Positions 18,078 through 27,930 of a stretch of DNA of 64,000 nucleotides are shown in pieces. Position numbers and translations under genes: made by a program. Origin of the DNA: Deltaproteobacteria bacterium (lineage in GTDB: Bacteria; Bdellovibrionota; FAC87; UBA2466); NCBI GenBank assembly GCA_016196825.1, contig JACPWY010000055.1:70-64069 (forward strand), in the 5' to 3' direction. Numbering within the stretch: position 1 is the stretch's first letter; every line of letters starts with the position of its first letter. The notes under the pieces were generated by a model. It searched no databases. It worked only from the letters and a program-made list of their open reading frames with translations, and was not told the origin of the DNA.

Positions 18078-18986
18078 CACGCAGACTTTATTGCGGCCGC
18101 TGTTTTTGGCGTCGTAGAGGGCCTTGTCGGCCATGGCGATGAAGGCGTCGGGGCTTTTGCACGTGGAATCCAGACTCACCACCCCCATACTGACCGTGAC
18201 GGGGATCAATTGGCTGTCGTAGAGGAATCGGTGTTTCTCGATAGTCGATCGAATGCGTTCGGCGACCTCGACGGCAATCCTCAACGGCGTCTCGCGAAGT
18301 AATAGCGAGAACTCCTCGCCGCCGTAGCGGCCGAGGGCGTCTTGGCTGCGGATCATTTTGTTTTTGATGATCGCACAGGTCTCTTTCAAGACGAAGTCGC
18401 CCGCGAGGTGGCCGAATTTGTCATTAGTCTGTTTGAAATGATCGAGGTCAAACATGATGAGGCACAATGATAGCTCGCGTGCGAGTGACTTCGAAAACTC
18501 TTCGGCGATGAGCTCTAGGATCGCCTTCTTGTTGAGCGCCTGAGTGAGATCGTCGCGAGTGGCGAGGTCGTACATTTTGTTGTAGTGGATGTTTTCGATC
18601 TTCCCCTCTTTAAGGAATTTCAAGATCGTGTTGCCCGTGCGGATGAGATCGCCATCCTGAAGCACTTTTTTCCCGATCTTCACGTCGTTGACGTAAGTGC
18701 CATTGGTGCTGCCGAGATCGACCACGACGATGCCTTCGTCGGTGACCTTGAATTCGGTGTGCTTCCTCGAAATGGCGGTCTCGGCGATCTGAATGTCAGC
18801 CTCGAGATCGCGGCCCAGGATCATCCCATCGCGGGTGACGAAGAATGATTTGCCGAGTGGACGGCCCGAGATCACAACCAGCACCGGCGCTGAGGACTTC
18901 GCCTCTTCGAGGCGAATCTTCAGCGTATCGCTATCGGCAACCTCGGTTTTATCGATTTCGGGCTTACCGTCTTTTTTGTCGGCCAT
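18072..18986 (-). CDS. FHA domain-containing diguanylate cyclase (GGDEF)
   Basis: N-terminal FHA pattern (GRDLEADIQIAETAISRKHTEF...GSTNGTYVND). C-terminal GGDEF domain with intact RYGGEEF active site. Confidence 0.85.
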   Translation of the reverse strand: MADKKDGKPEIDKTEVADSDTLKIRLEEAKSSAPVLVVISGRPLGKSFFVTRDGMILGRDLEADIQIAETAISRKHTEFKVTDEGIVVVDLGSTNGTYVNDVKIGKKVLQDGDLIRTGNTILKFLKEGKIENIHYNKMYDLATRDDLTQALNKKAILELIAEEFSKSLARELSLCLIMFDLDHFKQTNDKFGHLAGDFVLKETCAIIKNKMIRSQDALGRYGGEEFSLLLRETPLRIAVEVAERIRSTIEKHRFLYDSQLIPVTVSMGVVSLDSTCKSPDAFIAMADKALYDAKNSGRNKVCVR

Positions 18987-18996
18987 TGCAGTGAGA

Positions 18997-20277
18997 TTAT
19001 ATCAGGGCCTCTTTGAGAAGACGCTTACCTTCCTCAACCCCCGGCTGACCGAATGCGTCGACATCATAGAGCTCACCCGCCAGAGCACAGACGGTCTCAA
19101 AAAAGAAAAAGGCCGAACCAAGCGCTTCGGGCGAGAGGCCCTCGAGTGCGAGGCGGTAGGTAGGCATCCCGCCGTTCTGGAGCGAGAGCTCTGTCGAGCG
19201 ACAGGCGAGATGGTTGAGCTGTTCAAAGGTTGTCTTCGTCAAGTAAGCCGCCTCGCCTGGCGAAAAACTTGGCATTCCCACAACCGTTGAGGCCTTCACA
19301 GGAGTGTCGATAAAACCCACCATCTTGTCCCTTGGCCCCTGCCGCAACATCTGAAGAATCGAGTGCTGATCGCTGGGCCCGAGGGCCGCGACCGGTGTGA
19401 AACCGACGGCCTTCCCGGTCCTATCGATCTTCCCCAGACTTTCGGCAAAAAGCTGTGTGTGCCACTCGGCCAGGCTCTTGAGCGTCTGACGATAGGGCAT
19501 CAGGTAATGGATATTACGGCGAAACTCCGTGTCCCAGCGGAAATGGCTCAGAGCCAGCCAAAAGGCGGGGCATTCATCGGGCGTCGAATTGAGAATCGCT
19601 TCCCGCATCCGTCGGGCCCCCGTGAGGATCCTTTGCGAAGAAATCTTCGCGAGTTCAGCCGGGAAGAGCCCGACCGAAGTCAGCACGGAGAATCGGCCAC
19701 CCACGTCGGGAGGGACCGAGAAAGTCGACCAACCTTCTCGTCTTGCCATCTCCCGCAGCGCCCCCTTCTCGGGATCGGTGATGATCAAATACCCCTGGGC
19801 GTTCACGCTCTGGCTCAGATTGAAAAAGGCTGACAGAGTTTCCGTCGTGTTTCCCGACTTGGAAATGACGACGAGCGCGTAACGTTTTTCGAGCGCTAGG
19901 CGCTGCAGAATATGGATCCGCTCCGGATCGGGCTGAGTAACCCAAAGAATAGGAAAATCCTCCTGATCGGTCGCTACCCTCAAAGATTCCAAAAGGGTTT
20001 GAGGCCCCAGGTAAGACCCGCCAATGCCCACGATGATTGCGCCGTCAAAACTCGATCGCAATCGGTGGGCCGTCACAGCCCACTCCTTAGGAGCCGCCTC
20101 GGGTGTTGTCTCGGGCAGATCGAAGAAGCCTATTTCTTCGGTCACTGACCGGTGGCGAAAAGCTTTCCAGACCCGTTGGCTGAGCGCCCCCTCCTCGCCC
20201 GTCAGACGCGGCCCGCCGGGATGAGTCCAGAGGTGAGAGAGGTCCAATGACAGATTAGGGAGTATCCACTGCTTCAT
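18997..20277 (-). CDS. pgi: glucose-6-phosphate isomerase
   Basis: PGI signatures IVGIGGSYLGP and VISKSGNTTET. Start is chosen at MKQWILP (20277); the track extends to 20337. Confidence 0.75.
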   Translation of the reverse strand: MKQWILPNLSLDLSHLWTHPGGPRLTGEEGALSQRVWKAFRHRSVTEEIGFFDLPETTPEAAPKEWAVTAHRLRSSFDGAIIVGIGGSYLGPQTLLESLRVATDQEDFPILWVTQPDPERIHILQRLALEKRYALVVISKSGNTTETLSAFFNLSQSVNAQGYLIITDPEKGALREMARREGWSTFSVPPDVGGRFSVLTSVGLFPAELAKISSQRILTGARRMREAILNSTPDECPAFWLALSHFRWDTEFRRNIHYLMPYRQTLKSLAEWHTQLFAESLGKIDRTGKAVGFTPVAALGPSDQHSILQMLRQGPRDKMVGFIDTPVKASTVVGMPSFSPGEAAYLTKTTFEQLNHLACRSTELSLQNGGMPTYRLALEGLSPEALGSAFFFFETVCALAGELYDVDAFGQPGVEEGKRLLKEALI

Positions 20278-21406
20278 ACATTCTATCCAATTCTCGAGAC
20301 AGCACGAGGCGCTGAATCTGATTAGTCCCTTCAACAATCTGAAGGGCCTTGGCGTCTCTGAGCAGACGCTCGACTCCGAAAGACTTCTTGTAACCGTCGG
20401 GCCCGAGGTAGGTGATGGCGTCGCTCGACACCTTCACGGCGAGATCGCTGCCCAGCATCTTTACCTGGCTCGCAATAATCGTGAGCCGCTCCTCGCGATC
20501 CCGAAGTCGAGCCGCTTCATTCACCAAGAGACGGGCGGCCTGTATTTCCGCGAAATGAGCCGAGAAGAGATCTCGTTCGCCCTGCTCGAAGTGGCCAGCG
20601 CGGGTGCGGTGGCTCCAGAACTGGGCCAGGGCCTCGATAGCCGTGCCGATACCGCCCACGCCAATGGTGACGCGGCCGGCGTCGAGTTGAGACAGCGCAA
20701 CCTTAAAACCTTCTCCCTCAGCACCCAGTCGCTGTTTCTCACCGAGAAAACAGTCCTCAAAGATAAGCTCGGCCAGAGTCGAGCCCCTCAGACCGAGCTT
20801 CTTCTCCAGCTTTCCGACACGAAAGCCAGCAGTCCCCTTCTCGACGAGAAAAGAGGTCACCCCCTTGGCACCGGGCTCGCCGGTTCTGGCCATGAGCAGA
20901 AAGAGATCGGCGTCGCCCGCGTTACTGCACCACATCTTGGTGCCGGTGACGCTGAAACCACCCGAAACCTTTTTCGCCGAGGTCCTTAAGGCCGCTGCAT
21001 CCGAACCGCTGTGGCTCTCAGACAACGAGAAGGCTCCCAACCATTCCCCGCTGATAAGCTTGGGCAGATATTTCTTCTTCTGCTCATCGGTGCCAAAGGC
21101 GAGGATTCCGCTTTGGACAATATTGTTAACCCCGACCGCGACGGTCATCGATAGGCTCGCCCGGGAGATCTCCTCCAGAACCGCGTAGTGGCAACCGTAG
21201 GGCATCTCGCTCCCGCCGAAGGCCTTCGGCGCAAAGCTCGCGAGCAACCCCTGTTTACCCAGTTCCTTGAACGCGCCCTTTCTGTAAAAACACTTTTCAT
21301 CGTCCTCGAATGCGAACGGGCGTAGAAGGTCATCGCAAATCGCGCGGGTCTTCGTGCGGTTGAGCGCCTCCGCGGGTGTGTCGGGTGGATAGAACTGGAG
21401 CTTCAT
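20255..21406 (-). CDS. acyl-CoA dehydrogenase
   Basis: Acyl-CoA dehydrogenase family pattern throughout, including the C-terminal catalytic region (...QIVEGTNQIQRLV...). Stop overlaps the next gene. Confidence 0.8.
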   Translation of the reverse strand: MKLQFYPPDTPAEALNRTKTRAICDDLLRPFAFEDDEKCFYRKGAFKELGKQGLLASFAPKAFGGSEMPYGCHYAVLEEISRASLSMTVAVGVNNIVQSGILAFGTDEQKKKYLPKLISGEWLGAFSLSESHSGSDAAALRTSAKKVSGGFSVTGTKMWCSNAGDADLFLLMARTGEPGAKGVTSFLVEKGTAGFRVGKLEKKLGLRGSTLAELIFEDCFLGEKQRLGAEGEGFKVALSQLDAGRVTIGVGGIGTAIEALAQFWSHRTRAGHFEQGERDLFSAHFAEIQAARLLVNEAARLRDREERLTIIASQVKMLGSDLAVKVSSDAITYLGPDGYKKSFGVERLLRDAKALQIVEGTNQIQRLVLSRELDRMYEAVDTP

Positions 21407-22539
21407 GCCTCGCCCAAGAGTTTCTTAGCGATGATCACGCGCATCACTTCATTCGTCCCGGCCCCGATCTCCATGAGCTTTGCGTCGCGCATGTAGCGCT
21501 CGACCGGGTGCTCCTTCATGTAGCCATAGCCACCGAGAATCTGAATGCCATCGAGCGCGGCGACTGTCGCCATTTTCGCGGTGAAGAGTTTGGACTTAGC
21601 ACCGAGATCCATTTCGCGATTTCCCTTGTCGTACGCGCGGCCCGCGGCGTAGACGAGGGCGCGGCCCGCGTCCCGCTGTGTTGCCATCTCGGCGAGCCGC
21701 TCCTGCACCATCTGAAAACTTGCGATCGGTTTTCCAAATTGAGTCCGCTCCTGGGCGTAGGTCAAAGAATAGTCGAGGGTGGCCCCGGCAATGCCCAGCG
21801 AAATGCCCGAGATGGTGATGCGCTCGATGTTGAGGTTCTTCATCATGTGGGCCACGCTGTCGTTCTCCTCCCCCACGAGATTTTCAACGGGCACCTCACA
21901 TTCATCAAAAACGAGCTCCGAGGTCGGTGAGCCGCGCATGCCCATTTTGTGCAGCCGCTTCCCCAGCCGAAAGCCAGGGAAAGTTTTTTCGACGATAAAG
22001 GTGGAAATATCTTTCTTGGTGGCACCCGTACGGGCGTAAACCACAAACACATCGGCCACGGGGCCATTTGTAATAAAGGTCTTGGTGCCGGTGAGGATGT
22101 ACTTGTTGCCCTTCTTGACGGCCTTCGTCGCAAGGCCAAGCGCATCGCTGCCAGCGCCAGGCTCTGTCATCCCCATTCCGCCGATGCATTCACCGGTGAT
22201 GAGCTTCGGAAGATATCTTTTCTTCTGCTCGGGTGACGCATTCTCGTGAAGATTGTTCACACAAAGAATCGAGTGCGCGAGGTAGGAAAGCGTCGTCGAA
22301 GCGCAGGCGCGGCCGAGCTCCTCCATCGCGATGGTCGCGGCTATACAACCCATTTCACTCCCGCCGTACTCCGATTTGGCAGTAATCCCCAACAGGCCCA
22401 GAGGCCCCATTGCCCGGAAGGCGGCCTCGTTGAAGCCCTCCAATTTGTCGATCTCCTCGGCCTTGGGTTTGAGTGATTTTTCAGCAAAAGACCTCACGGT
22501 CGATTGCAGTAGCGTCTCGTCACCAGAGAATTCGATCAC
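21403..22539 (-). CDS. acyl-CoA dehydrogenase (short/branched-chain type)
   Basis: Acyl-CoA dehydrogenase family: GLLGITAKSEYGGSEMG..., FIVEKTFPGF..., and C-terminal EIGAGTNEVMRVIIAKKLL. Confidence 0.85.
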   Translation of the reverse strand: MIEFSGDETLLQSTVRSFAEKSLKPKAEEIDKLEGFNEAAFRAMGPLGLLGITAKSEYGGSEMGCIAATIAMEELGRACASTTLSYLAHSILCVNNLHENASPEQKKRYLPKLITGECIGGMGMTEPGAGSDALGLATKAVKKGNKYILTGTKTFITNGPVADVFVVYARTGATKKDISTFIVEKTFPGFRLGKRLHKMGMRGSPTSELVFDECEVPVENLVGEENDSVAHMMKNLNIERITISGISLGIAGATLDYSLTYAQERTQFGKPIASFQMVQERLAEMATQRDAGRALVYAAGRAYDKGNREMDLGAKSKLFTAKMATVAALDGIQILGGYGYMKEHPVERYMRDAKLMEIGAGTNEVMRVIIAKKLLGEA

Positions 22540-22871
22540 AGCGCCTCCTTTCCCGTCTCAGCGGGTCTTCGGCGGGCTTCGCCGAAGCGAAGGTTGCGGA
22601 TCAGAATCTCCTGGAGCTCTACCTTTTTCGTGAGGCGCTCGAGCTCCTTCACTCGACCGTCGAGCTCGGTGAGCGCCTCTTGGCCGGCCGACAATCTTTG
22701 GTAGACGATTTCACCGAGATCGCGAAGGAGCCTTTTACGCTCAGTGACAAGATAAGCCCCTTTGGCCATCAACGATCCCAGGCGCCAGGAGTGGATCACC
22801 CAAAAGCGCAGTTCATCAAAGGTGTTACCTAATCGTTCCGCAAAGCTCACTTCAGGTGCTGGAGGTGTCAC
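22536..22871 (-). CDS. hypothetical protein (predicted helical/coiled-coil), co-operonic with acyl-CoA dehydrogenases
   Basis: 111-aa ORF whose stop overlaps the downstream acyl-CoA dehydrogenase start. It has no recognisable motif. Confidence 0.4.
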   Translation of the reverse strand: MTPPAPEVSFAERLGNTFDELRFWVIHSWRLGSLMAKGAYLVTERKRLLRDLGEIVYQRLSAGQEALTELDGRVKELERLTKKVELQEILIRNLRFGEARRRPAETGKEAL

Positions 22872-22983
22872 AGCTCATCAATTTATCGCTCCCACGAACC
22901 TCTAGTAAAGGAGCGATAACCAAAGTTACCGGTCGGGAAAGCTTCACCTTTCCATTCATGACGAGGCTTGTTAGATGTTGAAT

Positions 22984-24087
22984 ATGTCTTGGGGGAATTG
23001 GGCGTGGATGGCTGCGGTGTTGTGTTGTCTCTCCGTCTGGGGGGCTTCCCGACAATCCAAGGCCCCGGTTCTGTACGACCTGTCTTCTATTCTTGTGGCT
23101 AATTCTGATTCGATTCCGCTTTTGGGTGGCCGATTCGTGCCACTGCCAAAAATTGTGTTCGACCGGATCCAATTTGTGGATGAACACCCCGATGCCAACT
23201 GGGAGCACGCCGCGCGATTTCGTTTTTTTCTCAAGGGGCGCTTGATTCAAGAGATGCCGACCCGCCTTCCTCCGAAGGGGCTCGATCGAAGGTGGCGAAT
23301 CTCTCCTCCTACGGCCGATGACACGACACCAACCTTCAAGATATCCGGGTTCGACGGAAAGTACCGTGTCAAGGACGCTTCTAAACACTTTGCTCTTCTC
23401 TTCAGTGGAAATGCCGACGATCGGCACTGGAATGACTTTTCATTTCTCTATCGCACGCTGACTCAGGTGTACGGTTACAGCCGCGAAAACATCCTGGTGG
23501 GTGACAGCAACTTCCGGGAGAAGGCCGGGGATCTCGATGGTGACGGCAAGACGGACATTCTATTTGGTTCAACGCTCGCCGATCTTCAGGGGCTCATGAC
23601 CTCGCTGACCGAGCGGATGAAGAAGGGCGATCAGCTCCTGCTCGTCGTCAATGATCACGGGAGCACCAAGGACGGAGAGTCCACTCTGATCCTTGCCGAC
23701 AACGAGATCAAGGCATCGGAATTTGCAGCCCTGATGAAGCCGCTCCCAACCGATCGGGTGCTCTCCGTTTTCGAGCAGTGCTTCAGCGGAGGCTTTGTGA
23801 GGCCGACGGTTGCGGCGGGCCGGGTCTCGGTGGCCGCTTCGACCAACCGGGAGATCAGCTGGGCAAGCGACGACGGCCTCTTTGACGAATTCCTCTACCT
23901 GTTTACTGCTGCCTTCGCACACCAGACTCACGACGGCGTCCCCGCCAATGCCGACCTCGACGGCAACGGCCGCGTGAGCGCTCGCGAAGGCTTCACCTAC
24001 GCCCTCGGCCAGGACGCATCCTCGGAAAGCCCGTTCCTGGAGTCCTACGTCAACACCAACTCAGCCTTCACACTCGGATTTGACTAA
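22984..24087 (+). CDS. peptidase C13 (legumain-like cysteine peptidase) family protein, secreted
   Basis: Catalytic His/Cys dyad in legumain-like context: LLLVVNDHGS ... FEQCFSGGF ... AASTNREISWA (compare legumain DHG / EACESGS / ATTAANPRESSYA). N-terminal signal peptide MSWGNWAWMAAVLCCLSVWGA. Confidence 0.65.
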   Translation: MSWGNWAWMAAVLCCLSVWGASRQSKAPVLYDLSSILVANSDSIPLLGGRFVPLPKIVFDRIQFVDEHPDANWEHAARFRFFLKGRLIQEMPTRLPPKGLDRRWRISPPTADDTTPTFKISGFDGKYRVKDASKHFALLFSGNADDRHWNDFSFLYRTLTQVYGYSRENILVGDSNFREKAGDLDGDGKTDILFGSTLADLQGLMTSLTERMKKGDQLLLVVNDHGSTKDGESTLILADNEIKASEFAALMKPLPTDRVLSVFEQCFSGGFVRPTVAAGRVSVAASTNREISWASDDGLFDEFLYLFTAAFAHQTHDGVPANADLDGNGRVSAREGFTYALGQDASSESPFLESYVNTNSAFTLGFD

Positions 24088-24115
24088 GGCTTTGTCGCGC
24101 AGCGATGATACCCGA

Positions 24116-24198
24116 GGAGGGATAGGCAAATTGGTATGCCACCGCACTCGAAATGCGGCGGGAGCAATCCCTTGAGAGTTCAAGTCTCTCTCCCTCCG
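24116..24198 (+). tRNA. tRNA-Ser (anticodon CGA), long variable arm
   Basis: Cloverleaf folded by hand. Acceptor ggaggga/tccctcc plus discriminator g. D-stem ggca/tgcc with loop aattggta. Anticodon stem ccgca/tgcgg with loop ctCGAaa (U33, A37). Variable arm cgggagcaatccctt (ggga/tccc hairpin). T-arm gagag-ttcaagt-ctctc. No encoded CCA. The track ORF start 24136 would translate through it. Confidence 0.8.
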
Positions 24199-24264
24199 CG
24201 CTCCCACATAATCCTTCGCTCGCTAGTTGTTGACCGGATGCAGCGGGGATGGCAGAACGGCGGA

Positions 24265-24972
24265 ATGATAATTTCATATCGCCTGTTTTTGGTCTTTTGC
24301 TTTTTTCTTAACTGCTTTGTCTTCGCCGGTGAACACCTGGTGCCGAATACACCACCCAACAAGGATATCCAGATCGTTTCTGGATCGTTGTCTAAGACTT
24401 TGCATCTTGGGGAGCAGGTCGACTTCAAAAAGTGTTCTGAGATCGCTGTGAAGACCTTTAAGGGTGGTCGTTTGGTGAACGCCGATTGCACGAATTATTT
24501 TGCAGAAATGTTGGGAGTGCCGCTCGCTCACCGGCTGGTCATCCCGTACACGGAGTCAAACGGCTCCATCTCCAGTGACTGGCGCTGCTACGACAGCCAG
24601 ATCGTGGCCGCAATCAAAACGAAGGCTCTCGAGTCATCGAGCTTCGTGCGGGTGGGATTCTACCATTCCCACGGCGAGCTGCTCCTCACACCCAAAAAGG
24701 CCCTCCATACCCTTGGCAAGGCGACCCTCAAATCGGGTGACGAAGTGACCTTGACTCAGTTTACGTCGTTGGCCCAGTGCTGGCTCGGCACGGCCTCGTC
24801 GAGCGCGTACCAAACTCAGGAGTTCAAACCCTTCGTTGATTTTGGCGTCGAAGAGGAGGGGGGCAGCCTTTCAATTTATCGACGCTGGGAAGACGTCCCC
24901 ACCAATTTCAAGCTGGGTTGGGGCAAAGAATTCGATCGCTCAACCGAGCTCTTTCAGTCCCAGCCCTACTAG
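24265..24972 (+). CDS. secreted hypothetical protein
   Basis: Internal ATG 24265 gives a signal-peptide-like MIISYRLFLVFCFFLNCFVFAGEH. The upstream part of the track ORF overlaps the tRNA and is rejected. Confidence 0.5.
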   Translation: MIISYRLFLVFCFFLNCFVFAGEHLVPNTPPNKDIQIVSGSLSKTLHLGEQVDFKKCSEIAVKTFKGGRLVNADCTNYFAEMLGVPLAHRLVIPYTESNGSISSDWRCYDSQIVAAIKTKALESSSFVRVGFYHSHGELLLTPKKALHTLGKATLKSGDEVTLTQFTSLAQCWLGTASSSAYQTQEFKPFVDFGVEEEGGSLSIYRRWEDVPTNFKLGWGKEFDRSTELFQSQPY

Positions 24973-25107
24973 GGAAGCGGCAGTGGCCGTATTGACGTAT
25001 ATACAAGAGCGCCGCTGGGCTCAAGCTGGCCTAAAACGCACCCGGGCACCATGACTCGAGTTGCCTAATTGGTTCTTTGCGACAGTAAGGGCAACTTTTT
25101 TGTAAAT

Positions 25108-25947
25108 CTAGCGCCAAGCGGGGGCCGTGGGGCTCGACGCCCTCGGGCTTTGTTCATACCGGGGAACCGCTCCGAGCGACCGCTCCATGATTCGGGATTG
25201 ATCGTTAAAGGGGCCGTAGAACCCGGGAACAATCGGCGGACTGCCGTACGCGCCAGGAGGAGTGGAACCGGCGTGGACTGGAATCAATCTTTTCGGACCG
25301 CTCACTACGCCGCCCCGGTCGTGAACGACCGCGCTCGGGCCGGTCATGGGGAGGAAGGGCGTCTCGCCTTTCTGAATTCGCTTGAGATCACTCGCCAAAA
25401 CGCTTTGGCAAAAAAAGGCCGCGTAGGCTCCCACATCGGCTAACGGGGTGCTCGCGAACGTTTCGAACGGAAGTGAAGATGGGAGACTCAGGTCGGCTCC
25501 GCGTTTCAACTCTTGCCGGAGAAGCTCGATAAACGCCCTATAGCTCTTCAATTTCTGCAGGCGCGCTACCGGAAGAGTGCGATCCTTGAGAGCCTCTTCG
25601 AGAGATTTGTCGGTCACCTCGACTTCATCAGCAAGCGATTGGGTGCTACGCTCGTAGGCCTTCAGGACCTCATCGAGAGCGCGAGATATTTGAAATCTCA
25701 AACTGGGCGGCAAAGGGCCGGCTGCGATCGCTTTCTTCAGAGATACTATGCGCTCGGCGTATGTTGGATAGATTCCTTTGGGGTCAGCCCAGGCACGAGG
25801 GAGAAAGTCATCCTTCGAGAATTGACCGATCAGAATCTTATTAATGAGCTTTCCATCAACGCGCGCATAGAGAACCTCGGTGTACGGATCTTCCGCCCAA
25901 AGAGATGTCACAAAAGTGATCGAGATCAATGCTGCCAGTGTCTTCAT
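25108..25947 (-). CDS. secreted hypothetical protein
   Basis: Internal ATG (rc 25945-25947) gives MKTLAALISITFVTSLWAEDP (signal peptide). The rest has no known motif. Confidence 0.5.
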   Translation of the reverse strand: MKTLAALISITFVTSLWAEDPYTEVLYARVDGKLINKILIGQFSKDDFLPRAWADPKGIYPTYAERIVSLKKAIAAGPLPPSLRFQISRALDEVLKAYERSTQSLADEVEVTDKSLEEALKDRTLPVARLQKLKSYRAFIELLRQELKRGADLSLPSSLPFETFASTPLADVGAYAAFFCQSVLASDLKRIQKGETPFLPMTGPSAVVHDRGGVVSGPKRLIPVHAGSTPPGAYGSPPIVPGFYGPFNDQSRIMERSLGAVPRYEQSPRASSPTAPAWR

Positions 25948-26087
25948 GGATGCCCCTATCAAATTCATGCTCGTCAGCCTAGCTGCTGCAAATCCAAGAC
26001 CAGGCTCAGTTCGTGCGTGGGGAAAAACTCCCAAGTGTCTAACGGGACGAGAGTGTCGATGAAATAGACAGGCCGAGGGGTGCGGGA

Positions 26088-27260
26088 TCAGGCTGCTTGC
26101 AAGGCTCCTGCCCGAGGCGGGACTGAGGAGACGATCTCTTTCACCCATTGGGTGAGCCCGCTTTCATAGTGTTTCCAGTCGAGAGCGGGGGCTGTTTTTC
26201 GGAGCGTCTCGGCCAGAGCCACCCTTTGCGCGGGATCTCGTATGAGCGCATGGAGGAGCGACTGAATCGCCTCCGCACTAAAAGCGGGCACGACAAATCC
26301 GTTTCGGCCGGTCTGAATTAGCTCCGCCGCTCCACAGTGGTTGGTTACGATGGGAATGAGGCCCGAGGCCATCGCCTGCGGGACGACGGTGGCAAATCCA
26401 TCGTGAATCGAGGGCAAGACGAAAACATCAAAATCGCGGATAAACTGAGCAAGCCTTGAGTGCGGCATCGGTGGAAAATGGGTGTAGTGTCCATAGTGGG
26501 CGAGTGTGTCGGCAAATTCCGGATCGACCGATCCCACCAACGTGAGGGTGAGATCACGGCCAGCCAGTGGCTTCGTGGCCTCAAGGAGATACTTCACCCC
26601 CTTCTGGATCGAAAGAGTTCCGAAATAGATCACCCGCAGTGGGCCGGGGGCCGTTCGCACGGGGCCGGAAGTGAACAGAGAGAGGTCGGCGCCGAGCCCC
26701 AAGACCTTGATCTTTTTCTCGGGGAAACCCTTTTCCAAAAACGTCCGTTTTGCAAATTCAGAGAGCACCAGAATCCGATCGCTCAATGCGTATTCCTTCA
26801 CCTCACGATTGCGGACAAAGGAATGTTCGGGGAAGCGCTGGTTGAATCGACGGTATTCCGCTTCGAGCACCTCGATCTGGAAGTCGATGTGGGCCGAGTC
26901 CCGAATCGTCACATACCGACGAGCATAGCCCTGCTCCATCACCTCGAGTCCAAACGATGACCATGTTAACGAAAGATCACTAGCACGATTGAGCCGCCGA
27001 ATCTCAGCCGCCATGGCCCTGCCAAACGCCGCCATCTTGAGCGCGCCGCCGTAGGCATCAAGCCCCAAAGCCTTCCACCCGCGGAAGAGAATCTCAGGCC
27101 AGAGGAAGGAGTGGACAGCCGCCGCTGGGATTCTCGGGAAGCGGGACTTGGGAAAGGAGGTGAAGAGTTGCGCGTCGAACTGTGCGCGCAGAGCCAAGAC
27201 CATACGATCAGCGTGAAAACGACCGCCAACACCCACATCAATGGAAAAGGGTTGAATCAA
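26088..27260 (-). CDS. glycosyltransferase family 1 (GT4-like)
   Basis: The C-terminal region FDVFVLPSIHDGFATVVPQAMASGLIPIVTNHCGAAELIQTGRNGFVVP is the classic GT1/GT4 EX7E nucleotide-sugar-binding region. Confidence 0.8.
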   Translation of the reverse strand: MIQPFSIDVGVGGRFHADRMVLALRAQFDAQLFTSFPKSRFPRIPAAAVHSFLWPEILFRGWKALGLDAYGGALKMAAFGRAMAAEIRRLNRASDLSLTWSSFGLEVMEQGYARRYVTIRDSAHIDFQIEVLEAEYRRFNQRFPEHSFVRNREVKEYALSDRILVLSEFAKRTFLEKGFPEKKIKVLGLGADLSLFTSGPVRTAPGPLRVIYFGTLSIQKGVKYLLEATKPLAGRDLTLTLVGSVDPEFADTLAHYGHYTHFPPMPHSRLAQFIRDFDVFVLPSIHDGFATVVPQAMASGLIPIVTNHCGAAELIQTGRNGFVVPAFSAEAIQSLLHALIRDPAQRVALAETLRKTAPALDWKHYESGLTQWVKEIVSSVPPRAGALQAA

Positions 27261-27420
27261 ATGGCCTCGGAATTAGGAGTCGGGAGGTTTTGCCTGCTTA
27301 ATAAGAATACCATCCACCCCAAGAGCTCGGCGTCGCGCCGCTTCCCAAGGATTTCGGCGTGTACTTAAGAAACCAGTTATACTGAATTCACGCCTCATCA
27401 CCGCTATTCCGGATAAAACC

Positions 27421-27885
27421 ATGGACAAGAAAACGCCGCCTGAGAGCGAAGTTCAGATAGTTGATCTGCAGCGCTACCGGAAAAACAAGAACGAAGAGCG
27501 ACGACGGGAGTACGAACGCGTGCTCTTCAATCGAATCTTAGGGGTGTATAGCTTCGCGGAGAAAAACTCCCTCAACCATATTGAGGTCATCGATATTAGT
27601 TACTCCGGTCTCAAGTTCCGGGAGGAGAATCCCGAGCGCCCGTTAAAGGCGGAAGAGAAGGTGGCCTTGCGCTTTTATTTCACTCCAAGCTCCTACCTCA
27701 AGGTGATCGTCGATGTGAAACGCGCCATCCCATTCAAAGATGACGATCGCGAGGGGATGGAATACGGCTGCCAACTCGATAAGTCCACAAAGTCCTACGA
27801 AGTCATTCGGGAGCTGATCGCCTTCATGTATAAGTACTCAGAAACAGCGTGTCAGGACACCAACCCGCCCATGATCTGGTTCTAA
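27421..27885 (+). CDS. PilZ domain protein (c-di-GMP receptor)
   Basis: RxxxR (RRREYER) followed by DxSxxG (DISYSGLKF) about 25 residues later. Length 154 aa. It lies 45 bp upstream of the giant gene on the same strand. Confidence 0.7.
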   Translation: MDKKTPPESEVQIVDLQRYRKNKNEERRREYERVLFNRILGVYSFAEKNSLNHIEVIDISYSGLKFREENPERPLKAEEKVALRFYFTPSSYLKVIVDVKRAIPFKDDDREGMEYGCQLDKSTKSYEVIRELIAFMYKYSETACQDTNPPMIWF

Positions 27886-27930
27886 TCCCTCAGCTCAATT
27901 CCGTTACTGCACTGTCCGATAAGAAGGGGA

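Noticed and set aside
24136-24264. Track ORF start MPPHSKCGGSNPLRVQVSLPP... of the 24136-24972 ORF.
   Set aside because: This segment is the tRNA-Ser(CGA) gene read as protein. The real CDS most likely starts at the internal ATG 24265, which gives a signal peptide.
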